DNA of 64,000 bases, from positions 352,001 to 416,000 of the forward strand of contig CAWKDB010000011.1 of the NCBI GenBank assembly GCA_963848295.1, given 5' to 3'. This document shows positions 34,722-43,419 of this stretch, piece by piece. The notes beneath the pieces are model-generated. The model searched no databases. It had not been told where the DNA came from and worked only from the letters and a program-made list of their open reading frames with translations. Numbering within the stretch: the first letter of the stretch is position 1; each line of letters opens with the position of its first letter. Source of the stretch: an uncultured delta proteobacterium (GTDB lineage Bacteria > Myxococcota_A > Polyangia > Haliangiales > Haliangiaceae). The translations under genes and the position numbers were made by a program.

Positions 34722-36299
34722 ATGATCTCCTTACCCGCATCCGCTATCACGGGCCCCGCATTCTGGGCGCTCGCGCGCGCGCGTGTCGCACAGTGGCATC
34801 GGAGTGCACGCGACCCGGAGCGCGTCCAGGTGGCGACGCTGCTGTCACATTGCAAGACCGCGGCGAACACCGAGCTCGGTCGCATGCATCACTTGGGCTC
34901 GGTGAAGAGCTACGACGATTTCCGTTCGCGTGTTCCGCTGCGCACGTACGCCGACTACGAACCGATGCTCGATCGCATGCGCGCCGGCGAGCGCGACGTG
35001 TTGTGGCCGGGTCTCATCAAGTATTTCGGCAACTCGTCGGGCACGTCGCACACCGCCGCGAACTCGAAGTTCCTGCCGATCTCGGACGAGCAGATTCGCT
35101 GGCAGCAAAAGGCCGGCTTCGATTGTCTCGCGAGCTACATCGCGGCGACCAACGATCGGTCGTTCACGAAGGGCTATATCCTCGCGCTGCTGCCGCCCGC
35201 GAACCTCAAGCAACACGGCGACGTGTTCACCGCGAGCAACCCCGGCATCATGCAGCTCCACCTGCCGGCCGCGAGCAAAGTGCTCGTGCTGCCGAAGCAG
35301 GAGATTCGCGACATCGAGAACTACGACGAGAAGCTCGCCGCGATCGCAGACGCGTATCTCGATCACGACGTGCGCGCGTTGTCGGGCACGACCTGCTGGT
35401 TCTCGATCCTCTTCGACCGCGTGCTCGAGGCCGCGGCGCGCAAGGGCCGCCCGGCGAAGACGATCTCGGAGATCTGGCCAAACCTCCGGGTGCTGCTCGG
35501 CGGCGGCGTGTTCGCCGAGCCATACCGCAAGATGATCAACGAGCGCGTCGGCCGTCCGGTGCCGATCATCGACACGTACAACGCGACCGAGGGCGGGATC
35601 TTCGCGGCGACCGACCGCCCGGCCGGGATCGACGGCGACGACGCGATGATGATGATCCCGGACCGCGGCGTATTCTTCGAGTTCGTGCCGAGGGCCCAGC
35701 ATGGCAAGCCCGACGCCGAGCGCGTCCCGCTGTGGGCCGTCGTCCCCGGCGTCGACTATTCGGTCGTGGTCACCACGAGCTCGGGCCTGTTCGGCTATTA
35801 CATCGGCGACTTCGTGCGATTTACCTCCGTTGCGCCTCACCGCATGGTATTTGCCGGCCGCGCGAGCGGAATGTTGTCGATCACCCAAGAGCTGACGACC
35901 CAGATCGAGATCGAGCGCGCCGTCGCAAGCGCGCAGGACAGCTCGCCGTGCTCGATCGTCGACTACGCCGCGGCCGCCGAAGTCGGCACCGCCACGACCG
36001 GCAAGGGCCGCTACCTGTTCTTCGTCGAGTTCGAACGCGAGCCGAGCAACCTCGCCGACTTCGCCACGGCGATCGACCGTGAATTATGCGTGCAGAACCG
36101 CGTCTACCGCGAGCACCGCTCTCGCGACGTCGCGATCCTGTCCCCCAAAGTCGTCCCGCTCGATCGCGGCGCGGCGCAACGCTTCATGGCCGCGCTCGGC
36201 CACACCAGTGTCCAAAACAAGTTTCCGCGGATCGTGGATGACCGTCGGAAAGAGATCCTGCGCAGGTTCGCGCAGAACCCGCCACTCGAGGTGATGTAA
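34722..36299 (+). CDS. GH3 family acyl-adenylate/amide synthetase
   Basis: VPLRTY, SSGTS..SKFLP, YNATEG, FFEFVP, Y.IGDFVRF, QNKFPR. Confidence 0.87.
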   Translation: MISLPASAITGPAFWALARARVAQWHRSARDPERVQVATLLSHCKTAANTELGRMHHLGSVKSYDDFRSRVPLRTYADYEPMLDRMRAGERDVLWPGLIKYFGNSSGTSHTAANSKFLPISDEQIRWQQKAGFDCLASYIAATNDRSFTKGYILALLPPANLKQHGDVFTASNPGIMQLHLPAASKVLVLPKQEIRDIENYDEKLAAIADAYLDHDVRALSGTTCWFSILFDRVLEAAARKGRPAKTISEIWPNLRVLLGGGVFAEPYRKMINERVGRPVPIIDTYNATEGGIFAATDRPAGIDGDDAMMMIPDRGVFFEFVPRAQHGKPDAERVPLWAVVPGVDYSVVVTTSSGLFGYYIGDFVRFTSVAPHRMVFAGRASGMLSITQELTTQIEIERAVASAQDSSPCSIVDYAAAAEVGTATTGKGRYLFFVEFEREPSNLADFATAIDRELCVQNRVYREHRSRDVAILSPKVVPLDRGAAQRFMAALGHTSVQNKFPRIVDDRRKEILRRFAQNPPLEVM

Positions 36300-37571
36300 A
36301 TGACCGATAGCAATCGCATTGGAGTCTGTATCGCTGGCAGCAACGGCGCCGTGGCCACCACGATGATCGCCGGGGCGGCCTTGATGCGGCGCGGACTCGC
36401 TCCCCGCCACGGCATGATCACGGAGACCGACTTCGTGAAGGGGCTCGACGTCGCCCCGCTCGACGAGATCGTCTTCGGTGGCTGGGATCTTCGCAGCGAC
36501 AATGCGTTTCACGCGGCGACCGAGCACAACGTCGTGCCCATTCACTTGCTACACGCGGTGAAGGACGAGCTCGAGGCGATCAAGCCTTGGCCGGCCGTGG
36601 CCTCGGCCAAGTACCTCGGCGCGATGAACGGCAAGAACCTCGTCACGGTTGCCAGCTTCCGCGAAGAGATCGCGATGATCACCGCGAACATCGAAGCGTT
36701 CAAGAAGCAACACAAGCTGTCGCGGGTCGTGTTCGTCAACCTGACGTCGACCGAGCGCTACACCGAGGTCGAAGACGTCCACAAGTCGCTCGCCGCCTTC
36801 GAAGCGGGCCTCGACGCGAACGACCCCCGGATCAGCCCGGCGATGAAGTACCTGTACGTCGCATGCTCGATGGGCATCCCGCACGTCAACTTCACACCGA
36901 GCCTGTCGAAGATTCCCGCGCTCGAGGAGATGTCCGAGAAGCGCGGCGTGCCGATCGCCGGCGAAGACGGCAAGACCGGCCAGACGATGCTGAAGACCGT
37001 GCTCGCGCCGGGCTTCGTGGTCCGCGCACTCGAGGTCGAAGGCTGGTACTCGGCCAACATCCTCGGCAACAACGACGGCCTCGTGCTCGATGACCCGGGC
37101 TCGAACAAGACGAAGGTGTCGAGCAAGGCGCAGTGCCTCGACGACATCCTCGGCTACAACGTGCCGTCGCACACCGTGCGGATCGACTACTACAAGCCGC
37201 GCGGCGATCAGAAAGAAGCGTGGGACTCGATCGACCTGATCGGCTTCCTCGGCGAGCGCATGCAGTTGAAGATCAACTTCCTGTGCAAGGACTCGATCCT
37301 CGCGGCGCCGCTCGTGTTCGACCTCGTTCGCTTGCTCGACGTGGCGAAGCGCAACGGCGAGCGCGGCATCCAGCGCCAGCTCTCGGTGTTCTTCAAGGCA
37401 CCGTACGCGACCAACGGCGAGCGCGCGACCCACGACCTGTTCAAGCAGCACAACCTGCTCGAGACGTGGATCCAGAAGATCCGCAGCGGCGAGAAGAACG
37501 CGGCTCCGCACGCCCACATGCGGCCGACGGCTATTACCAACGGTAACGGCAAGCACGCGCCGCTGGCCTAG
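36300..37571 (+). CDS. ino1: myo-Inositol-1(3)-phosphate synthase
   Basis: GAVATT, FGGWD, NLTSTE, GEDGKTGQT, NILGNNDG, KEAWD, DSILAAPLVFDL. Confidence 0.92.
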   Translation: MTDSNRIGVCIAGSNGAVATTMIAGAALMRRGLAPRHGMITETDFVKGLDVAPLDEIVFGGWDLRSDNAFHAATEHNVVPIHLLHAVKDELEAIKPWPAVASAKYLGAMNGKNLVTVASFREEIAMITANIEAFKKQHKLSRVVFVNLTSTERYTEVEDVHKSLAAFEAGLDANDPRISPAMKYLYVACSMGIPHVNFTPSLSKIPALEEMSEKRGVPIAGEDGKTGQTMLKTVLAPGFVVRALEVEGWYSANILGNNDGLVLDDPGSNKTKVSSKAQCLDDILGYNVPSHTVRIDYYKPRGDQKEAWDSIDLIGFLGERMQLKINFLCKDSILAAPLVFDLVRLLDVAKRNGERGIQRQLSVFFKAPYATNGERATHDLFKQHNLLETWIQKIRSGEKNAAPHAHMRPTAITNGNGKHAPLA

Positions 37572-37573
37572 CG

Positions 37574-38854
37574 ATGATTCGCGCCGACCAGCACGTTCGC
37601 TGGCCGGTCCTCGGGGCCGACGATCGCGCCGCCGTGCTCGGCGTGCTCGAGCGCGGTGTGTTGTCGGGTCCGTTCGCGCCCGAAGTTCGCGCCCTCGAGC
37701 GCGAATGGGCGGCCTACACCGGCTCGAAGTACGCGCTCGCGACGAACAGCGGGACCGCCGCACTCCACGTCGCGCTGATCGCCGCCGGCATCGGGCCGGG
37801 CGATCAGGTGATCGTGCCCGCGTTCACGTTCGTCGCGACCGCGCTCGCCGTGCTCCACGCCGGGGCCGTGCCGGTGTTCGTCGACATCGAGCCGCGCACC
37901 CTCGGCATCGATCCGGAGCTGCTCGAGCGCGCGATCACGCCGGCGACCAAGGCGGTCATGCCGGTGCACATCCACGGCACACCGTGCGAGATCGACGCGA
38001 TCGCGGACATCTGCAAGCGTCGCGGCCTGGTGCTGATCGAAGACGCCGCGCAAGCGCACGGCTCCACGCATCGCGGCAAGAAGCTCGGCACGATCGGCGC
38101 GGTGGGGTGCTTCTCGCTGCAGTCGTCCAAGAGCCTCGGCGCCGGCGAAGGCGGCCTGATCGTCACCGACGACGAAGCGCTGTTCGCTGCGGCGAATCGC
38201 GCGCGGATGTTCGGCGAGGATGTCCGGATGTCGGACGAAGCGAGCTACCGCATCGAGCGCGCGCTGGATGGCAACCGCGCCTACGACTCGCTCGGCATGG
38301 GCTGGATGTACCGCACGACCGAGCTGACCGCGGCGGTCGCGCGCGTCCAGCTACGCAAGCTCGACGCGATGAACGCCCAGGCGCAGCGCAACGCGGCGCT
38401 CTTGTCGAAGCGGCTCGGGGTGCTGCCCGGCGTCACGCCGCCGCACGTGGCCGAGGGCGATACGACCTGCGTCCACAAGTATCGCGTCCGGCTCGACGGC
38501 CGCGCCAAGGGTGTCGAAGCCCCGCCGGCGAAGATCCGTGATGCCGTGCGCGCCGCGCTCGTCGCGCAAGGGGTCGAGGCCGTGCTGTGGCAGAGCCAGC
38601 CGGTCCCCGGCCAGCAGCTGTTCCGCGCGAAGGTCGGATTCGCAGGCAAGGGCTTCCCGTGGGACGCCGCGCCCGCCGTCGACTACGACCTGTCGCAATA
38701 CCCCGAGACGACGCACCTGCTCGATAGCTCGCTCGTGCTGTTCTCGCACACCTGTCCGATCGCGCCGCAGTCGACGTCGCTGGTCGAAGCGTATGCCGAC
38801 GCGTTCGAGCACGTGTGGGGCCGGCTCGGCGAGCTCGTCGCGGCCGCACCGTGA
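37574..38854 (+). CDS. DegT/DnrJ/StrS family PLP aminotransferase (aminocyclitol/AHBA-synthase-like)
   Basis: NSGTAALH, VPAFTFVAT, EDAAQAHG, FSLQSSKSLGAGEGG. Confidence 0.9.
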   Translation: MIRADQHVRWPVLGADDRAAVLGVLERGVLSGPFAPEVRALEREWAAYTGSKYALATNSGTAALHVALIAAGIGPGDQVIVPAFTFVATALAVLHAGAVPVFVDIEPRTLGIDPELLERAITPATKAVMPVHIHGTPCEIDAIADICKRRGLVLIEDAAQAHGSTHRGKKLGTIGAVGCFSLQSSKSLGAGEGGLIVTDDEALFAAANRARMFGEDVRMSDEASYRIERALDGNRAYDSLGMGWMYRTTELTAAVARVQLRKLDAMNAQAQRNAALLSKRLGVLPGVTPPHVAEGDTTCVHKYRVRLDGRAKGVEAPPAKIRDAVRAALVAQGVEAVLWQSQPVPGQQLFRAKVGFAGKGFPWDAAPAVDYDLSQYPETTHLLDSSLVLFSHTCPIAPQSTSLVEAYADAFEHVWGRLGELVAAAP

Positions 38855-39822
38855 TCGGCAAGATCATCGCGGCGGCGCGCTCGACGCCCGTCCGGATCGT
38901 CGTCGCCACATGCGGCGTCGCCGGCGTCGTGTTGATCTTGCGCGGGCTCGGCTGGGACAAGGTCACCCACGCGCTCGCCGGCGCCGCGCTGTACCTGCCG
39001 GTGATCCTCGCACTCGACGGCCTGGGCCTCGCGTGCTCGATGATGGCGCTGAGGGCGCTCTATGGCGACGCCGCGCGCGAGCTCCCGCCGGCGGCGCTCG
39101 TTCGCGCTGGGCTCGTCGGCTTCGCGGTCAACGGCTTGTTGCCCGCCGGCCGCGCGGTCGCCGAGGCGACCCGTGCCTCGCTGTTAGCGAAGTACGTCGG
39201 TAAGGGCACCGCCGCCGCAGCCGCCGCGCGCATGCAAGGCGTCGTGATGGTCGCGCACGGCGTGATGTCGATCGTCGCGACGATCGCCGCGGTGGTCGCC
39301 GTCGGCTGGACCTGGCTGCCGCTCGCGATCGGGATCAACGCGATCGTCGTGCTCGCCATCGGCACGGTCGTGCTGTTCGCGACCAGTCGGTCGCGGATCG
39401 GCGCTTGGATCGGTCGGCGGTTCTCGCGCGCCGAGCAATTCGGGAGCGAGCTCGACGCGGCGTTCGCGCGCCAGCCCGGAGTTCCGATCAGCGCGATCGG
39501 CTGGGAGCTCGCCGGCCGAGGCGTCGAGGTCGCCCAGAAGGCGGTGTTGATCGCGGCGATCGGAGGCGTCGTCGGCTTCATCCCGGCGCTGACCGTGGAG
39601 GGCATTCACTTGCTCGGCGCGGCGATCGGGGACCTCGTGCCGGCACAGCTCGGCGTGCAAGAGGGCAACTTCACGCTCGCGTCGTCGGTGATCGGCCTGC
39701 CGGCGAGCGGCGCGGTGTCGATCGCCCTACTCGCCCATTTGTCACAGCTCGCGTGGGTCCTTGTCGGCTCGCTACTTCCGCTGGTCTGGCGGGTGCGGAG
39801 CGAGGTAAAAGTCACGACATGA
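38851..39822 (+). CDS. Lysylphosphatidylglycerol-synthase-TM / flippase-like membrane protein
   Basis: Multi-TM, with GFAVNGLLPAG..AE..R and VPAQLGVQEG motifs of the UPF0104/LPG_synthase_TM family. Confidence 0.7.
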   Translation: MIGKIIAAARSTPVRIVVATCGVAGVVLILRGLGWDKVTHALAGAALYLPVILALDGLGLACSMMALRALYGDAARELPPAALVRAGLVGFAVNGLLPAGRAVAEATRASLLAKYVGKGTAAAAAARMQGVVMVAHGVMSIVATIAAVVAVGWTWLPLAIGINAIVVLAIGTVVLFATSRSRIGAWIGRRFSRAEQFGSELDAAFARQPGVPISAIGWELAGRGVEVAQKAVLIAAIGGVVGFIPALTVEGIHLLGAAIGDLVPAQLGVQEGNFTLASSVIGLPASGAVSIALLAHLSQLAWVLVGSLLPLVWRVRSEVKVTT

Positions 39823-41390
39823 ACGCCGTCACCACCCCGCTATCGTCGAGCGGAGCCAGCTCCAACCGCGTCTGCCCGATCGATCTGCGCGCGTTGCCCG
39901 CCGTCCCGCGTGCGACGGACGAACAGATCCACGGCGCCGTCGCGAAGGCGCGCAAAGCGCAGGCGAGCTGGAAGGACGTTCCGTTCGCGGACCGAGCGCG
40001 GATCATGACGCGCGCTGCGAAGTCGATGCTCGAGCGCCGCGCCGAAGCCATGGCGCTATCGCGTGAAGAGGTCGGCAAGCTCGAGGTCGAGGCGATGTTC
40101 GACGAGGGCATCGGCCACCTCGACATGCTCAAGCAATGGATCGGCGTCGTGAAGCCGGCCGTCGCGCGCCGGCGCATCCGGCTCAACCCGGTGTCGTTCG
40201 CGGGCAAGCGCGCGTTCATCGACCAGGTGCCGCGCGGCGTGATCGGCGTGATCGCGCCATGGAACTTCCCGATCGCAGGTCTCTACCGCGCGGTCTATCC
40301 GGCGCTGCTCGCCGGCAACGGTTGCGTCGTCAAGCCATCGGAGTATTCGCCGCGCACCACGCAGTGGTTCGTCGACGCGCTCGCCGCCGAGCTGCCCGAG
40401 GGCCTGATCGCCTACGTCCACGGCGACGGTGCGGTCGGCTCCGCGCTGATCGATGCGGGCATCGACGCCTGCGCGTTCACCGGCTCGCCGAAGACCGGCC
40501 GGCTCGTGCGGCTGCGGTGCGCCGAGCGCGGCATCCCCTCGAGCGTCGAGATGGGCGGCAAAGATGCCGCGATCGTGCTCGCCGACTGCGACCGCGTGCG
40601 GACGGTCGCCGGCATCACGCATTGGGCGCTCGCGAACGTCGGCCAGGCATGCGGCGCGATCGAAGTGCTGCTCGTCGAGGAGCATGTCGCCGACGAGATC
40701 GTCGGGCACTTCGCGAACGCGTGGCAGCGGCTGCGCGTGGGCCCGGCACCCTACGCGGATATCTCGCCGCTCGGCAATCGCCGCCAGCTCGACATCGTCA
40801 AGGACCAGGTCGGCGAGGCGATCAGCAAGGGCGCGAAGCTCGTGTGCGGTGGCGCCACGACCGGCGAGGGTCTGTTCTTCCAGCCCACGATCCTCGATCA
40901 CTGCACCGACGACATGGCGATCGTGCGCGACGAGACGTTCGGGCCGGTGCTCGCCGTGATCCGGGTCGACGGCGCCGCCGATGCGGTCCGCCGCGTCAAC
41001 CGCGCGCGCTACGGGCTCGGCGCGTCGATCTGGACCCGCAACCTCGAGCGCGCCGAACAGCTCGCCGCTCAGCTCGACGTCGGGATCGCGACGATCAACA
41101 ACCACGCGTTCACCGGCGCGGTCGCCTCGCTGCCGTGGAGCGGCACGCGCGAGACCGGCCACGGCATCGCGAACAGCGTGCACGCGCTCGGCACGTTCCT
41201 GCGACCGAAGGCGCTGATCATCGATGGCTCGAGCGGGCCCGATCCGTTCTGGCTGCCGTTCGACAAGACGCTGTTCGAGATGGGCGACATCCTGTGCGAC
41301 GCGCAGTTGATGAAGCTCGGCCGGGCGTGGCGGCTGCCGCTGATCATCCGGCAGCGGGTCAAGACGATCCGCGAATTCTTCGCCAGATAG
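39819..41390 (+). CDS. Aldehyde dehydrogenase
   Basis: IAPWNFP, KPSE, FTGS, EMGGKD, GQAC (catalytic Cys), ETFGP. Confidence 0.92.
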   Translation: MNAVTTPLSSSGASSNRVCPIDLRALPAVPRATDEQIHGAVAKARKAQASWKDVPFADRARIMTRAAKSMLERRAEAMALSREEVGKLEVEAMFDEGIGHLDMLKQWIGVVKPAVARRRIRLNPVSFAGKRAFIDQVPRGVIGVIAPWNFPIAGLYRAVYPALLAGNGCVVKPSEYSPRTTQWFVDALAAELPEGLIAYVHGDGAVGSALIDAGIDACAFTGSPKTGRLVRLRCAERGIPSSVEMGGKDAAIVLADCDRVRTVAGITHWALANVGQACGAIEVLLVEEHVADEIVGHFANAWQRLRVGPAPYADISPLGNRRQLDIVKDQVGEAISKGAKLVCGGATTGEGLFFQPTILDHCTDDMAIVRDETFGPVLAVIRVDGAADAVRRVNRARYGLGASIWTRNLERAEQLAAQLDVGIATINNHAFTGAVASLPWSGTRETGHGIANSVHALGTFLRPKALIIDGSSGPDPFWLPFDKTLFEMGDILCDAQLMKLGRAWRLPLIIRQRVKTIREFFAR

Positions 41391-41443
41391 AAGGTGCGCG
41401 GCTTCGCGGCGTCATTGTGTGGACGTTCGGCGAGACCGCCAAC

Positions 41444-41544
41444 GCCTCGTGCGGCTGCCTTGCTCGGCAACAAGAGCGAGAACGCGAAGGCCTCGTGCGG
41501 CTGCGTCGCTCGGCGGCGTGACCACGAAGGCCTCGTGCGGCTGC
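41444..41544 (+). repeat. Three copies of GCCTCGTGCGGCTGC (41444, 41490, 41530)
   Basis: Directly visible. The third copy is part of the long inverted repeat. Confidence 0.8.
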
Positions 41545-41754
41545 CTTGCGAGGGCGCCCCGGACCCGCTCGCGCGACGGCGCTGAGGTTGGTGGTTCCGG
41601 CGTCTCCGCGAAGCGACGCCGCTGCGCGGCGATCGCGCTGGCGCGCGAGTCGGAGTTTTCACCGCGTGGCCGCGCGTCTCCTCGCGCGCCTGCGCTCGCT
41701 CCCCGGGGCATCCCTCGCGGCGACGCCGCACTCGGCGACGTGATCGCGATCGCC
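41525..41754 (+). repeat. ~230-bp non-coding element, left copy
   Basis: Aligns by eye to the reverse complement of 43052..43279 (e.g. GGCTGCCTTGCGAGGG.GCCCCGGACCCGCTCG and GGCATCCCTCGCGGCGACGCCGC). Confidence 0.85.
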
Positions 41755-41762
41755 CCATGTCC

Positions 41763-42398
41763 TCAGCGGCTCGTGACGCCGACCGGATTCATCCCAGACC
41801 ACAGCGCCATGTTCCCCTCCTCGTAGCGTAGATCGATGTCGACGAAGCCTGCGCGCTCGAGCGCGAGTGGCTGGTCGGCGCGCGCGGGTAAGAGTGCTGG
41901 CAATGTGGTCTCGGGAGTCAGGTAGTGGTCGGCGTAGAGCAGTATGCCGCCGCGATCGAGGACCGTGCGCGCGCGCTCGAGCAGCGGCACGAGGTGGCGC
42001 TTGTGGCGCGTCTCGTGCGCGGCCTGCAGCGTGACGACCGCATCGAATGTGCCGAGGTCAGCGGGCCACGCCGGCTCGCGAAAGTCGCGCGTCACGAACG
42101 TGACCCGGCTCGCGAGCTCGCCGAGATGCTCAGCCGCGATCTCGTGCGTGGCGGTCGACAAGTCGAGCGCGACATACGTGTGCACGTCGCAGTTGACGAG
42201 GATCTCGCGAGCGAGCTGACCCGGGCCGGAGCCGAGCTCGAGGATGCGGGGCCTCGATCGCGTGGCGAGCGCGGTGCAAAACGCCGCGAAGAAGCGCGGC
42301 CGATACGGACGCCTGACTCGCGTGTCTTCGATCCATGTGCGCGCCGTTTCGGGGTCGCGAAAGTCGACCCGAATCGGCACGTCGTCGTCTCCGGTCAT
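41763..42398 (-). CDS. Class I SAM-dependent methyltransferase
   Basis: ILELGSGPG motif I, ALDLS, FDAVV. Confidence 0.85.
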   Translation of the reverse strand: MTGDDDVPIRVDFRDPETARTWIEDTRVRRPYRPRFFAAFCTALATRSRPRILELGSGPGQLAREILVNCDVHTYVALDLSTATHEIAAEHLGELASRVTFVTRDFREPAWPADLGTFDAVVTLQAAHETRHKRHLVPLLERARTVLDRGGILLYADHYLTPETTLPALLPARADQPLALERAGFVDIDLRYEEGNMALWSGMNPVGVTSR

Positions 42399-42527
42399 CG
42401 CGCAATCGTTCTACCGCACGGCCGCGCGGCGCGCGTAGTCATCGTGGCGGGCGACGGATGATGGCTGAAACCGCCGAGACTTCTCGGTGTCTGAACATCG
42501 AGGCGGCCATCGCGATCGGTCCACCTC

Positions 42528-43006
42528 ATGCTCCTCGTGCTCGCGGCTTCGTGTGGCCCGCCGCGAGTTCTATCGCCGGTCTCGAACGCGCAGCCCGCGG
42601 CGCCGACACCGCTCGTCTCGACCGCCAGCTCGGATGTGATCGCCGCCGCGCTCGAGCGCGTTCGCGCGACACCCGAGTCGCTGCCCGACCACACCCTCAT
42701 TGGCGAGCACCACTACGTGATGATCGATCCGGGGACCGCGAAGCCGGCGCTGCCCACACCGTTCGTTTCGATGACCCAGGCAGAGCTCGATGCCGAGGCC
42801 GATCGCACGAACGCGGATGTCGGGTTCATCCACATCTTCGCGGTCGAGGCTCACGGCGACGACGCGATATCACGATCGGCGGCGACGTCGCGCTGCCGGC
42901 GGCGCATCGCAAGCACCGGCTGTGTTGCTGCGAGGGCACCGACCACTACACCCGCGCGAACGGTGCCTGGACATACGCGTCGACCGGCATGCAGATCTGC
43001 AGCTGA
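42528..43006 (+). pseudogene. Small hypothetical lipoprotein with a frameshift at ~42868
   Basis: LAASC lipobox. Protein-like sequence runs to ...HGDDA, then continues in another frame as ITIGGDVALP...CCCEGTDHYTRANGAW...ICS*. Confidence 0.55.
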
Positions 43007-43051
43007 CGTACAGCTGGCCGATCAGACGCATGATGTCCGCTATTCCGTACC

Positions 43052-43279
43052 GGCGATCGCGCTCTCGTCGCCGAGCGCGGCGTCGCCGCGAGGGATGCCG
43101 CGGAGAGCGAGTGCAGGCGCGCGAGGAGACGCTCGGATCTTTGTAAGACACCTACTCGCGCGCAGCGCGATCGCCGCTCCGCGGCGTCGCTCCGCGGCGT
43201 CGCCGAGAACCGCCACCGCCTGCGCCGTCGCACGAGCGGGTCCGGGGCACCCTCGCAAGGCAGCCGCGCGAGGCCTTCG
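43052..43279 (-). repeat. ~230-bp non-coding element, right (inverted) copy
   Basis: Reverse complement of 41525..41754. Its outer end overlaps and is extended by tandem CGCGAGGCCTTCG units. Confidence 0.85.
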
Positions 43280-43320
43280 CGCGAGGCCTTCGCGCGAGGC
43301 CTTCGCGCGACGGGCTACGA

Positions 43321-43402
<82 letters not shown>

Positions 43403-43419
43403 AGGCGGGGCCGCGGCCT

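Noticed and set aside
41444..41544. Three spaced direct repeats resembling a mini-CRISPR
   Set aside because: The repeat is only ~15-20 bp, the spacers are unequal and similar to each other, and no cas genes are present. It is part of the larger repeat element.
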